NCBI GenBank assembly: GCA_964576435.1
Contig: CAZNUP010000002.1
Span: 183,182 to 247,181, forward strand
Reading direction: 5' to 3'
Origin: an uncultured Gammaproteobacteria bacterium
Lineage (GTDB): Bacteria; Patescibacteriota; Microgenomatia; JAMCZE01
Length of the DNA stretch: 64,000 bases
A program made the position numbers and the translations under genes. How positions within the stretch are numbered: the first letter of the stretch is position 1; each line of letters starts with the position of its first letter. Under the pieces are notes generated by a model. The model had not been told where the DNA came from, did no database searches, and saw only the letters and a program-made list of their open reading frames with translations. Shown in pieces: positions 19,541 through 29,095 of the stretch.

Positions 19541-20227
19541 ATGGATGAAATTAGAAAAGAAGAGGGAAAGATTGATTCTGATATCCAAGTTTTGATAAGC
19601 AAGGATAGGGTGATGGGTTTTTCTGACGCGGTTTTTGCTTTTGCTGCAACACTTCTTGTTCTTAAAATTGATTTACCTGTAGTTACTGCTGTACAACTTT
19701 CTAGTACCACGACATTTGTAGATTTATTTAGAGATTTGTGGCCGCAGTATTTAGCGAATATTCTTAGTTTTATCATTATTGGGTACTACTGGGTCAATCA
19801 TCATGCAATCTTTGGAATGGTCAAGAAGTTTGACATGACAATTGTGTGGATTAATCTTTTTTTCTTAATTTGTTTGTCGTTTCTTCCGTTTCCAGTTGAT
19901 TTATATGGGAGCTATTACACAGTCCCACTGGTTGTTGTCTTTTATTCAGCAAGCCTAGCGGCAGTTGGATATTTTCTTTTCTTTGTATGGTGGTATGCGT
20001 CACATAATAGAAATCTCATTAGTAAAACTATTAGTGATAAGCAGATTCGGTATTACAGTATTAGAAATTTGATTGCGCCGATTGTTTTTACACTTGCGAT
20101 ACCACTTGTCTATATTCATCCAATGCTTGCTGAAGTTTGTTGGGTGTTTATCCTTCTTGGAATTTACATTGTTAATAAGATATTCCATGAGAAGGAAATT
20201 TCGGACATTGAAAAATCGTCAATTTAA
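19541..20227 (+). CDS. TMEM175 family K+ channel
   Basis: RVMGFSDAVFAFAATLLVL, YWVNHH, FLPFP. Confidence 0.9.
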   Translation: MDEIRKEEGKIDSDIQVLISKDRVMGFSDAVFAFAATLLVLKIDLPVVTAVQLSSTTTFVDLFRDLWPQYLANILSFIIIGYYWVNHHAIFGMVKKFDMTIVWINLFFLICLSFLPFPVDLYGSYYTVPLVVVFYSASLAAVGYFLFFVWWYASHNRNLISKTISDKQIRYYSIRNLIAPIVFTLAIPLVYIHPMLAEVCWVFILLGIYIVNKIFHEKEISDIEKSSI

Positions 20228-20243
20228 AGGTTATATTTAAATC

Positions 20244-20699
20244 ATGAATAGAAATTTAATTGTTGGACTAGTTGTAGCGGTTGTCGCTGTTGGTATTTTT
20301 GGGCTTTTATTTATAAATAGGCAACCAAGTGAGTCCAATAACCAACAACAGCAAACAAATCAGAATCAAAATCAAAGCCAAAATAGTACTGGTCTTGCCA
20401 ACCCAGCCTCAGTCAATTGTGCAAAAGTTGGAGGACAGACTGAAATTGTTAATGGACCAAACGGTCAATATGGGCTTTGTAACTTTGAAGATAATATGTC
20501 TTGTGAGGAGTGGGCACTTTTTAGAGGAGATTGTCCAGTTGGAGGAGTAAAAACAACTGGATTTGATACTAAGGCACAAATGTATTGTGCATGGGTTGGT
20601 GGTCAAACACTTGCTGTTCCTGACGCGCAATGTACACTTCCAAATGGTAAAGTGTGCCCAGACGAGGCACTTTATAACGGCGAATGTTCTCCAAATTAA
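20244..20699 (+). CDS. DUF333 domain secreted protein
   Basis: LANPASVNC...GG...C...CEEWALFRGDC. Confidence 0.88.
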   Translation: MNRNLIVGLVVAVVAVGIFGLLFINRQPSESNNQQQQTNQNQNQSQNSTGLANPASVNCAKVGGQTEIVNGPNGQYGLCNFEDNMSCEEWALFRGDCPVGGVKTTGFDTKAQMYCAWVGGQTLAVPDAQCTLPNGKVCPDEALYNGECSPN

Positions 20700-21337
20700 A
20701 AATTACCAAGTCAAATAGAAAGATCTTAATTATTGGTGGTGTAATTTTAGCTGTATTGGCAGTTTTAGTTATTGTTCCTTTTATAGTTGCCAAATCTCAA
20801 AAGCCCGCAGTTTTGCCACAACCAACACCTGTTGTTCCTGTTATTAAAAACGTTTCACTTAGGAGTTTTTTGGGATCGACTGAAACTGAAAAATGTACAT
20901 CTAAAGAGGCTGTAATTTATACAGATGGGGGAAAGGTAAAGGGAAATTTTAGGCCCAAGGTTTCTGGAAGTGTTGTTCCAAGTAGTTTGATTTTTGATGG
21001 AGATAATATTTATATCTGGGTGTCGGGACAGAAAACAGGATTTCAAATATCTGGACTTGCCGTTGAAGGGGGAGCATTACTTCTTACACAAACGAAAATA
21101 GTTGATGTAAACAAGAAACAAGAATTTTCTTGTGTGCCTTGGGAGGCTAACAAAAATGAATTTGTTTTACCACAAGGAGTTAAATTTACTGACTTTTCTC
21201 AGATAATAAATAGTGTTCCGGGGACTGTTTCCAAAGTTAGTGATGCTTTAAATAATCCTAAGGTTGTTAAGTGTGCTGCTTGTGACCAACTTCCTGGTGT
21301 GTTATCTAAAGAGTGTCGAAGTAAACTAGCTTGCTAA
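20684..21337 (+). CDS. Membrane-anchored hypothetical protein
   Basis: N-terminal TM, CxxW..F..P, C-terminal CxxC...C...C. Confidence 0.7.
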   Translation: MFSKLKITKSNRKILIIGGVILAVLAVLVIVPFIVAKSQKPAVLPQPTPVVPVIKNVSLRSFLGSTETEKCTSKEAVIYTDGGKVKGNFRPKVSGSVVPSSLIFDGDNIYIWVSGQKTGFQISGLAVEGGALLLTQTKIVDVNKKQEFSCVPWEANKNEFVLPQGVKFTDFSQIINSVPGTVSKVSDALNNPKVVKCAACDQLPGVLSKECRSKLAC

Positions 21338-21343
21338 AAAATT

Positions 21344-22030
21344 ATGGCAAAAAGAAAACAGGAAACTAAATACGTTGCTCCCAAATGGGAGACTAGACTG
21401 TCTTTGGTTTTGGAAATATTAATTTTGGTTTCGGGACTCTTCCAGACATTTTTTGGTGAGACAACAATTGGGATTTTAACCTTAGTTTGTTGGGGAGCGA
21501 TTGTATTCCCAAAGTTTTTTACAAGAGGATTTATCCCAAAAATTCCAATTGAGATTGAAATCATTTTGTTTGTAATGGTTTTTGTCCAGTTTGTTTTAGG
21601 AGAAGCAAGAGATTTTTATACGACAATTCCTTACTACGATAAATTTGTACATTATCTTTTGCCAATGTTTATTGGTCTTCTGGCCTTTTTGTTTTTATAC
21701 ACTCTTCAAGAGACGGGAAATTTAAAAGTTTCCAAATGGGCAATGGTAGTTCTTGTTGTGATGATTGCACTCGCTATTGGAGCGTTTTGGGAGATTTGTG
21801 AATATCTATCTGATCGAATTTTTTATGCCATGTTTGACTCTTGGCATCATTTTCAAGGGAATGCTCAGCAAAGTGCAATTGATGACACAATGACTGATTT
21901 AATAATTGATACCTTGGGTGGAGTATTTGGCGCACTTCTTGCCCTTTGGTTTGTTGGGAAGGAAAAGGGGACCAGTCGGCTGGAGGAGATAACTTCTGAT
22001 TTCTCACTTCTTTTTGCTAAAAAGAAATAA
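21344..22030 (+). CDS. DUF2238-like membrane protein
   Basis: YYDKFVH, WEICEY, DTMTDL. Confidence 0.75.
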   Translation: MAKRKQETKYVAPKWETRLSLVLEILILVSGLFQTFFGETTIGILTLVCWGAIVFPKFFTRGFIPKIPIEIEIILFVMVFVQFVLGEARDFYTTIPYYDKFVHYLLPMFIGLLAFLFLYTLQETGNLKVSKWAMVVLVVMIALAIGAFWEICEYLSDRIFYAMFDSWHHFQGNAQQSAIDDTMTDLIIDTLGGVFGALLALWFVGKEKGTSRLEEITSDFSLLFAKKK

Positions 22031-22047
22031 TATCCTATAATAAAGGA

Positions 22048-22506
22048 ATGGAAAAGAAAATTATTGTTCATCCAGGTTGTGTTCGCATGGCTCAATATGA
22101 TGAGAGACTTCCTTCACAAATGAGGGTAAATGCTGTATTTGTTTATCAAATGATAAATGACCTCATTGAAAATGGAAGAAACAATTCTTCCGTAGTTTTG
22201 ATTGACACAGACAAGTTGCCGGTAAAACTCAAAGGAGGAGGGAGATTGGAGATACCGAATTTCACGGGTCACATCTGTGTTATAGGAGATTATAGTCATG
22301 TTAATGTGACCTATGATCTTGTCCAAAAGTCGGATGTTGTGGAAATATTTGGAGGGTATTTAGGAAACTGTGTGAGCGAAGTGCATAACATTATTACAAA
22401 GAAAATTGGGGCGAGAGCCACCATTTCCCCTGTTGGAACAATTGAAGATTATCTTTCTCCCAGTGATGTCGAAATTTTTTGGAAGACCCTGAGGGGTAAA
22501 AAATAA
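22048..22506 (+). CDS. Hypothetical protein, possibly isochorismatase-like fold
   Basis: 152-aa ORF; IIVHP and GGYLGNCV. Confidence 0.55.
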   Translation: MEKKIIVHPGCVRMAQYDERLPSQMRVNAVFVYQMINDLIENGRNNSSVVLIDTDKLPVKLKGGGRLEIPNFTGHICVIGDYSHVNVTYDLVQKSDVVEIFGGYLGNCVSEVHNIITKKIGARATISPVGTIEDYLSPSDVEIFWKTLRGKK

Positions 22507-22509
22507 TAA

Positions 22510-23142
22510 TTATTTTATTAAGCTAATTGCTCTTGAAACAACCATCCCGATTATTACTAGGGAAATTAGTGCTTCTACCATCATTAATAATCTAGCACGG
22601 TGGGTGAATGGGAGTGTGTCAGCGGGAGCAAAACTTGTTGATGTAAAGAAAGAAAGTGAAAGATAGTCAAAGAATTTGGGTTCCCAATTATCCTCAGTTT
22701 TAAGTGATGTTTGATTTTGGGGGAAAAGAAAATCAATTTTTCCTTTATCGTTTTCTTTATCAAGGATCCAGTACCAAATAGTAAAGGTCATAATTGATGA
22801 TAACCAAATTAAACCCGCGTCAATTAAGATGGCTGACCCATTTTGATTGGTGTCTGAATTTATGATGAGTGAGAGTAAATTTAAAAATACGTGGATAGTC
22901 ATAAACGTGAGAAGCACGTAGAAGCTGTAACGAATTATTTTTCTTTTGCCGATAATTACTGAAACTATGCAGATTGCTAGGAAAAAAATGTAGACACCAA
23001 GACTTGCGTAGAGAGTGTTTAAGATTCTTTGAAAGGTTTCTGGATTATTTGAATAAACTCCAAGAAATATTGTGAAGTTCATCAAGACTAAAACCACTGC
23101 AGCAAGAAGAAGTGAGAAAGTATTTTTGTGAGGATTTTTCAT
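22510..23142 (-). CDS. DUF1345-like membrane protein
   Basis: DFLFPQ, WEPKFFDYL, FAPADT; start at MKNPH. Confidence 0.8.
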   Translation of the reverse strand: MKNPHKNTFSLLLAAVVLVLMNFTIFLGVYSNNPETFQRILNTLYASLGVYIFFLAICIVSVIIGKRKIIRYSFYVLLTFMTIHVFLNLLSLIINSDTNQNGSAILIDAGLIWLSSIMTFTIWYWILDKENDKGKIDFLFPQNQTSLKTEDNWEPKFFDYLSLSFFTSTSFAPADTLPFTHRARLLMMVEALISLVIIGMVVSRAISLIK

Positions 23143-23207
23143 TACATAAAAGTGTAGCACAATAGTGGGGGTTGACAAGAATTTTTTAATCTGGGCATAC
23201 TAAATAT

Positions 23208-23408
23208 ATGGCAAGTAAAACTAAGACACAAGTCAAAGCGCCAAAGAAGACAGGATTTTATTATTTCGAGTGGCATTATTTGATTCCAGCTGCACTTGGT
23301 GGAGGAATTGCCTTCATATTTTCTTGGAGTTGGCTTTTAGCGTTTCAAGTTTTTGCAGCAGTTATAGTTGGAAGCGCTATTGGTCATTGGATTGCAAAAC
23401 ATAAATAA
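23208..23408 (+). CDS. Small two-TM protein
   Basis: Hydrophobic 66-aa ORF with TTGACA and CATACT boxes upstream. Confidence 0.7.
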   Translation: MASKTKTQVKAPKKTGFYYFEWHYLIPAALGGGIAFIFSWSWLLAFQVFAAVIVGSAIGHWIAKHK

Positions 23409-23416
23409 TCTCCTTT

Positions 23417-24415
23417 TTGATGGCAAAATTTAGAGAAGCACAGATTTGGGAAGATGGACTTCGAACTGATCCAAATGGAAAATCTTTTGAATGGTGGTAT
23501 TTTGATACAAATTTCGATGATGGGTCAACTTTGGTTTTGACCTTTTTTACCAAGCAGGCTCAAAACACCTCTGGGCCACTTAAACCTCAAATTCAAATTG
23601 TTTATACAACTCCAAGAGGGGAAAGAATTAAATTCAACCAGGAATATCAACCGTCTGAATTTAAAGCATCTAGCGATAAGTGTGATATTAAAATGGGTCC
23701 AAATAAAGTTGAAGGGGATTTGAAAACTTATAACTTACATGTGGAAGTGGGAGAGCTTTTAGGGGACATTGAATTTAAAAGAGTTGCGCCATCTTATAGC
23801 ACAACGGAAAACAAAAATGACAAGGTTTCTACCTTTGGATGGTTTCCAGCAATTCCATACGGAACAGTTTCTGGGAGTTTAACTTATAAGGGGGTAAAGG
23901 TGGGTGTCAAAGGTAACGGATACCATGATCACAATTGGGGAACAATGGATATGAAAGGATTTTGTGATTATTGGTATTGGGGACGGGGGAATGTTAATGG
24001 ATATTACACAGTATTTTCAGTCATGTATTTGCGAAAATTTTTAGGAGGCAAGCAAGCGTCAATTTTTTATCTAGCAAATGATAAAGAAATCTTAGTTGGA
24101 GATTCTAACCACCTAATGCTTTCTAAAACAGATATTAAACCTCCAAGACCAACTGCTGACCATTTACCTAAAGAGCTCACCTTTAAATATGATAATAACG
24201 GTGAGACGGTTGAGTTTAATTTATCTAACCCAAAACTAATTGAATCAGCTGATCCAATGGGTGGGGAAACTGGGTTTAGGAAATTTTGGTCGCATCTTTT
24301 TTCAAAACCACTTTACGTTAGGTATAACGCTAATTTAAAGATGGATATTAAATTAGAAAATATTAAAGACAAAAAAGACGGAAGTGGCCTATATGAAATT
24401 ATGATTCTCCACTAG
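23417..24415 (+). CDS. CrtC/lipocalin-like (hydroxyneurosporene synthase family) protein
   Basis: FEWWYFD, GYHDHNWG, WYWGR. Confidence 0.8.
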   Translation: MMAKFREAQIWEDGLRTDPNGKSFEWWYFDTNFDDGSTLVLTFFTKQAQNTSGPLKPQIQIVYTTPRGERIKFNQEYQPSEFKASSDKCDIKMGPNKVEGDLKTYNLHVEVGELLGDIEFKRVAPSYSTTENKNDKVSTFGWFPAIPYGTVSGSLTYKGVKVGVKGNGYHDHNWGTMDMKGFCDYWYWGRGNVNGYYTVFSVMYLRKFLGGKQASIFYLANDKEILVGDSNHLMLSKTDIKPPRPTADHLPKELTFKYDNNGETVEFNLSNPKLIESADPMGGETGFRKFWSHLFSKPLYVRYNANLKMDIKLENIKDKKDGSGLYEIMILH

Positions 24416-24990
24416 TGTCTTATAAGGCTTCTTAGGAAAATAATATATTCTGGATAATTGTTATAGAAAAGCCAGCCGTTTAAAACAAGAAGTGCTGGGA
24501 ACACAAATGTTTTTTCAGCCAACCCTCCTGTTCTTATACGCAAAAATGAAAATGGGGGAAATCCTAGCTTCCAAGGAATAGGAAAAAGCCAAGGAACTCC
24601 ATCTGTTGTAAATGAGTCAATAACTAGGTGAGAAAAGTAACCAATCATAAAGCTCCACCAAACTATATTCATATCAACGAGAAGAATTTGACCGACATAG
24701 TAAAGAATTATTTTTAGGATGAATCCAACAATAACTAGACCTACGAGTGAATGTGATAAGTGTCTATGTGCTCCAATAAATGGATGGAAAATGTGACCAA
24801 GAAGAGAACTTGCTGGTAACTTATCCCACAAATCTCCGGTTGGTTGATCGGCATCAGGTGCAACTCCACCAATTAAATTCATCCCAAGAGCAACAACTGC
24901 GGTTGCTAAACTCATTTGGGGAACAGTTATCGAGACGAAGACCAAATTTAGTGCTGTAAAAGCTGTGAGGTCATGAGTTCTTCCTGTCAT
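24412..24990 (-). CDS. YdjM-like membrane metal-dependent hydrolase
   Basis: MTGRTH, PDAD, HRHLSHS, SHLVID..T..GVP. Confidence 0.9.
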   Translation of the reverse strand: MTGRTHDLTAFTALNLVFVSITVPQMSLATAVVALGMNLIGGVAPDADQPTGDLWDKLPASSLLGHIFHPFIGAHRHLSHSLVGLVIVGFILKIILYYVGQILLVDMNIVWWSFMIGYFSHLVIDSFTTDGVPWLFPIPWKLGFPPFSFLRIRTGGLAEKTFVFPALLVLNGWLFYNNYPEYIIFLRSLIRH

Positions 24991-25071
24991 ACGAAATAAT
25001 AATATACCAGGTATTTAGTTAGCTGATAGGAGACAAATGTTAAAGGATTTTTGATAAATCGTTAGTAAAAA

Positions 25072-26190
25072 TTATCGTGAAGTTGTAACTTCAGATCCAA
25101 TAGCTTCAGCAATGTTTTTAAAGCCTTTAGCTTTTAGTTTTTTTCCTAATCCGTCATTTATTTCTGAGATTAGCTGAGGCCCTTCAAATATCATTCCTGT
25201 AATGAGCTGGACAAGACTTGCGCCGTGTGTAATTTTTTCAAATGCATCGTCTGTATTAAAAACTCCACCACAGCCAATTATGATAAGTTTTTTGCCAAAA
25301 TGCTTATAAGTAAGAGTGATTAATTCGTTTGATCTTTGAAAAGTTGGTTTGCCACTTAAACCACCTTTCAGATTATTAATATGTTTGGCATCCTCCTTGT
25401 CCAGAAGTGTTCGATCTTTTTGGAGGTTGCCAATGATTACTCCTTTTGGGCTGTGTCTTGTGACTACTTCTAACATCCTTGCTGTATCATAGTTTGTTTC
25501 GGAAATCGGCATTTTTACAAATATTGGTTTGCTGATATTTAGGCTGTCAACCTCAGTTAATAGTTCGTCAAGGTTTTTTGGTGGATAGAAGCTAACAGGA
25601 CCAAAAAGATTAGGGCAGCTGATATTGAGTTCATAGTAGCTGTTGTGAGTTCCTGCCTTTTCAAATTTTATGAAGGACTGAACGATGTCTTCGATGCTTT
25701 CCTTTTGTGTGCTAATTGTTTTTGAATTAGTCCGGCCTATACTTATTCCAATCGGAATATTAAAATTTTTATTTTGAAGTTTTTTGATTGTGACATCTGT
25801 TCCAAGATTTTTAAAACCTTTATTGATAAGAAGAGATTTTGATTTTGGCACCCTTTGGAGCCTGGGTCTTGGGTTACCTTCATAAGGTAAGTTGGTGATT
25901 GTCCCTACGCTTCCAAATCCGAAACCCAAAGGAGCAAGGATTTGGGTCAATCTGGCCTCATAATCAAAACCAGCGGCAAGTCCAATTGGAGAATTAAATT
26001 CTATTTTTACGATTTCTTGCGAAAGAGCTGGATTTTTTTGGGCGTAAGTGTTTGAAAGAAGTTGTCGAAATGTCTCATTTTCCCCCAGAATTTCTCCAAA
26101 ATGGACTAAAGTAGTGTGAACAGTTTCAGGATCGATTTTAAAAAGAATTGGCTTGGCAATGTTTTGATAAATTGTTCTAAACATTTTCAT
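25072..26190 (-). CDS. pyrD: Quinone-dependent (class 2-like) dihydroorotate dehydrogenase
   Basis: DPETVH, GLAAGFD, GNPRPRL, NISCPN, GGLSG, GCGGV. Confidence 0.92.
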   Translation of the reverse strand: MKMFRTIYQNIAKPILFKIDPETVHTTLVHFGEILGENETFRQLLSNTYAQKNPALSQEIVKIEFNSPIGLAAGFDYEARLTQILAPLGFGFGSVGTITNLPYEGNPRPRLQRVPKSKSLLINKGFKNLGTDVTIKKLQNKNFNIPIGISIGRTNSKTISTQKESIEDIVQSFIKFEKAGTHNSYYELNISCPNLFGPVSFYPPKNLDELLTEVDSLNISKPIFVKMPISETNYDTARMLEVVTRHSPKGVIIGNLQKDRTLLDKEDAKHINNLKGGLSGKPTFQRSNELITLTYKHFGKKLIIIGCGGVFNTDDAFEKITHGASLVQLITGMIFEGPQLISEINDGLGKKLKAKGFKNIAEAIGSEVTTSR

Positions 26191-26240
26191 TGGTTTTGTC
26201 CGATTAATATTGGTTCGTCTAACTAGGCTAACCTGGACGA

Positions 26241-26283
26241 AGTATATTTTAGAAGTGGAATCAAGACCGTGATTTACATCACA
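26241..26283 (-). promoter_or_regulatory. Class II CRP-type promoter of pyrD
   Basis: TGTGA-TGTAAA-TCACG (26283-26268) and TATACT -10 (26246-26241); box centre at -41.5. Confidence 0.7.
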
Positions 26284-26891
26284 GAGATTAATCGGTTTTT
26301 GATGACGATTTTCCCCTCCATAGCTAACTTTTTCAGCTCACGACTAGTCGTTTCTCTCGTTAAACCTGTCAGAGTGGCGATGTCTTCATGAGTGAATGGG
26401 TAATTAAGTGTTAATTTGTTGTCTTTATTGGTTCCGAAGTGTTTACCTAGAAAATATAGGATGCCTAATGTGCGTTCGCTGGCGTTTCTTGAGGCTAAAA
26501 ACTCAATACGTGTTACTAAACCATCTATCCCAGATAATAACCTGCGTGATAGTTCAAAAACAAGCTCGGGATCAGTTTTTAATAAATTAATGACCTCGTC
26601 TTTAGGGGCCAAATATGTTTTCAAGGGTGTAAATGCCTGGTAATAATACCTATTCGGTAGGTCATTTACTGCCCAAAAAAGTGGAAAAAACGATTTAGGT
26701 TTAAAAAAGTGGAGAGTTAATTCTTGACCTGTCTGTGTGAAAATATATTGCCGTACAAACCCTTGTTCTATAAAGTAAACACCTGGAGGATTTGTGCCCG
26801 ATTTCAGAATGGTGTCACCCTTTTTAAATGCCACTTGTTTTTGATTTTTGAAAAATAATTCTAATTTTGATTTTTGGGTTTGATCTGGCAT
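26274..26891 (-). CDS. Crp/Fnr family transcriptional regulator
   Basis: cNMP-type domain; THEDIATLTGLTRETTSREL HTH; start at MPDQ. Confidence 0.93.
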   Translation of the reverse strand: MPDQTQKSKLELFFKNQKQVAFKKGDTILKSGTNPPGVYFIEQGFVRQYIFTQTGQELTLHFFKPKSFFPLFWAVNDLPNRYYYQAFTPLKTYLAPKDEVINLLKTDPELVFELSRRLLSGIDGLVTRIEFLASRNASERTLGILYFLGKHFGTNKDNKLTLNYPFTHEDIATLTGLTRETTSRELKKLAMEGKIVIKNRLISVM

Positions 26892-26998
26892 ATGCGAATT
26901 ATATCCTAATAGTGAATTAAACTTATCCAAGGAATAGTAGTTGGGAAGATTCGGAGCGCATGTCTTCATGGTTAGTGGACCAATTTGTATTTGGAGTC

Positions 26999-27682
26999 CT
27001 AGTGTAGGTGAAGGTATCTTAAGATGTAAACTCTTTCACTTTTTTGAGGATTACCGTCTGCGAGAAATAGATCAAAAATTCTGTCGTTTGTTAAAAGAGG
27101 AGGGCGGATTTCGAACTTGGAGAGGTGTGTGTCTAAAGACCCGGAGAGGTCAGACAAAAAAGTGCTGAAGGGGTGTTCGATGCTGTTAACTAAAGAGTTA
27201 TATAATTCTGGCGATGGAACAAATGCAAAGGCATCTATATCTGAGTTTTCTGTAGGTTGATTCCCTTGGTCTCTTGCTGCTAGTAGGCCGATTGAGCCAG
27301 CACCATAAAGTGCGATCGTATTTTTGAACTCTCTTGGCATAAATTTTTCGAAAGTTCGCGCTAGTGTATCTAGCCAAAAATTTCCGAGATCAGTCCATTG
27401 GTAATAGTTGGCTAATTCAATTCGTCTTGGTTGCATTACAGCTTGGTCACCAATAAATTTTGGATATTCTATTCGGGTGTAATCAATTGATGCCTCTAAG
27501 ATTTTTACTTTTGTGCAGCTAGGGTAATGAGCTATTTGAATTGGGGATCTTTGAAAAAAGTGAGTTTCTATATGCCCTGCTAATTGTGTATCGCCATGTG
27601 GGTAGTTTGTGTTTGCTGTGCAATCAAAGGCATTTCTGAAGTTTTCTGGGTTGTAAAGTTCGCCTGATTTAATCCATGGCAT
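26999..27682 (-). CDS. Hypothetical protein with a nucleotidyltransferase-like motif
   Basis: YGAGS...SDIDAF (hGS...DxD). Confidence 0.5.
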   Translation of the reverse strand: MPWIKSGELYNPENFRNAFDCTANTNYPHGDTQLAGHIETHFFQRSPIQIAHYPSCTKVKILEASIDYTRIEYPKFIGDQAVMQPRRIELANYYQWTDLGNFWLDTLARTFEKFMPREFKNTIALYGAGSIGLLAARDQGNQPTENSDIDAFAFVPSPELYNSLVNSIEHPFSTFLSDLSGSLDTHLSKFEIRPPLLTNDRIFDLFLADGNPQKSERVYILRYLHLH

Positions 27683-27746
27683 CCAGGGAACTATAACATT
27701 TACCTATAGTATTGTAAATAGGAATAATTAGTCTTATAATGTATAT

Positions 27747-28769
27747 ATGGCGGTCACACGTAGTCATGAGATAAATAGAAGGCAGCTCTTGACATGGGCT
27801 GCTATAAGTGGGGCTGTTTTGAGTGGAGTAGCATTAGCTAGGGCTGTGAACATAGATCGAATAGAGTTTTCTTCTGAACCTATAGCGACAAACTTTGATT
27901 TACCGCGACAACTTATGCCTCAGCAACTAGAATTTCCTTTACCCTCACAATTGTTCGTTGGAAATGAAGGAATGCCTGAATACATCCAAGATACTGCCAG
28001 GATGATTGACATTAACCCTGCAAGACTTATGGAGGTTAAACCTATTTTAAATATTCCTCCTGAACTAGTTCCGAAATTTTACACTGAAGGCCCAGAAGTG
28101 CTTCCCTTAAGGACCTTAAAAGATTTGACGTTTTTAGCCGTAAATGGAGCATTTGCGTTTGGTGAAGATATTGCCGAAGCAATAGTAAATACATATAAAG
28201 CCAGTATCCCTGCCGTAAAAAAGACTCAAAATGGGGTTGATTATCTTGCTCCTAATTTCCCTCAACTTGTTGAGGGTCTTGGGCAACGAGCCGAAGAAAT
28301 CTCTCCAGACGGAAAAACATATTTTGTGCGTTATAAAGCTGATCCTGAAAGGCCTGTGGCTAATTGGCGAGCAGTTGACACTGAGATTCTAGGTGTATAT
28401 GTAGACGCCGTGGACACGCAAGTAGAAGCATTGGCTAGATTTTATGCTGAAGCCGGAGTGCCTAAACCTGATTGGATTATCCCTATAGGATCAGTACCTA
28501 CTGGGAATGTGGCAGGCAGGCCAATTTTTTCTGACTCTGATTTTGCTGCTATTTGGAAAGATAAGGATAGCTTTGTTGCTGGTGTTAAATCATTAAATGC
28601 ATTAAGTACAAATAAATCTAACAAGTTTAGGGATTTGATACGTGAAATGTATGAGCCGCATTTAAGGTCAATCGATGGATTTAAAATACCATCTGGAAAT
28701 CATAATGCCTTAGTTTATCAAGCTGATAAGATTGTCAATCTCTATAAATGGTTGACTTTAGGACAGTAG
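27747..28769 (+). CDS. Hypothetical exported protein with a twin-arginine-like N-terminus
   Basis: INRRQLL followed by a hydrophobic helix. Confidence 0.7.
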   Translation: MAVTRSHEINRRQLLTWAAISGAVLSGVALARAVNIDRIEFSSEPIATNFDLPRQLMPQQLEFPLPSQLFVGNEGMPEYIQDTARMIDINPARLMEVKPILNIPPELVPKFYTEGPEVLPLRTLKDLTFLAVNGAFAFGEDIAEAIVNTYKASIPAVKKTQNGVDYLAPNFPQLVEGLGQRAEEISPDGKTYFVRYKADPERPVANWRAVDTEILGVYVDAVDTQVEALARFYAEAGVPKPDWIIPIGSVPTGNVAGRPIFSDSDFAAIWKDKDSFVAGVKSLNALSTNKSNKFRDLIREMYEPHLRSIDGFKIPSGNHNALVYQADKIVNLYKWLTLGQ

Positions 28770-28832
28770 ACTTTATTAAACTCGGCGTTTATTGTTTTTC
28801 AAAACTATTTACAAATTCCTCTATTTTAAAGA

Positions 28833-28957
28833 TATAATCAGAAAATGCTTCAAGTAGGAATGCGATTTACGCTTTCCCACAAAATAAATTCCTCCAGTTT
28901 GCATTCGATTTCCAGCTTCCAGAACCGCGAAAGGAAAGCTTCATAACCGACAGATAA
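28833..28957 (+). repeat. Copy 1 of duplicated promoter/hairpin/mini-gene element
   Basis: Aligns with 30223-30345; 33-nt block identical (28854-28886). Confidence 0.9.
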
Positions 28958-29095
28958 TTAGTCATGTAGTCCACTTAAAGTCAGCTGGGGTAGAGATATA
29001 AGTTAACGATTAGTGACATGCAACAAGACGTGAACAGAGTAAACGCAAAAATGTTATTTGTGATTTATACAATCCTATAGTATAATAATCATTCT

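Noticed and set aside
28866-28944. Minus-strand reading (MKLSFRGSGSWK...) of the duplicated element
   Set aside because: It shares third positions with the conserved plus frame, but copy 2 has no ATG start and the promoter is on the plus strand.
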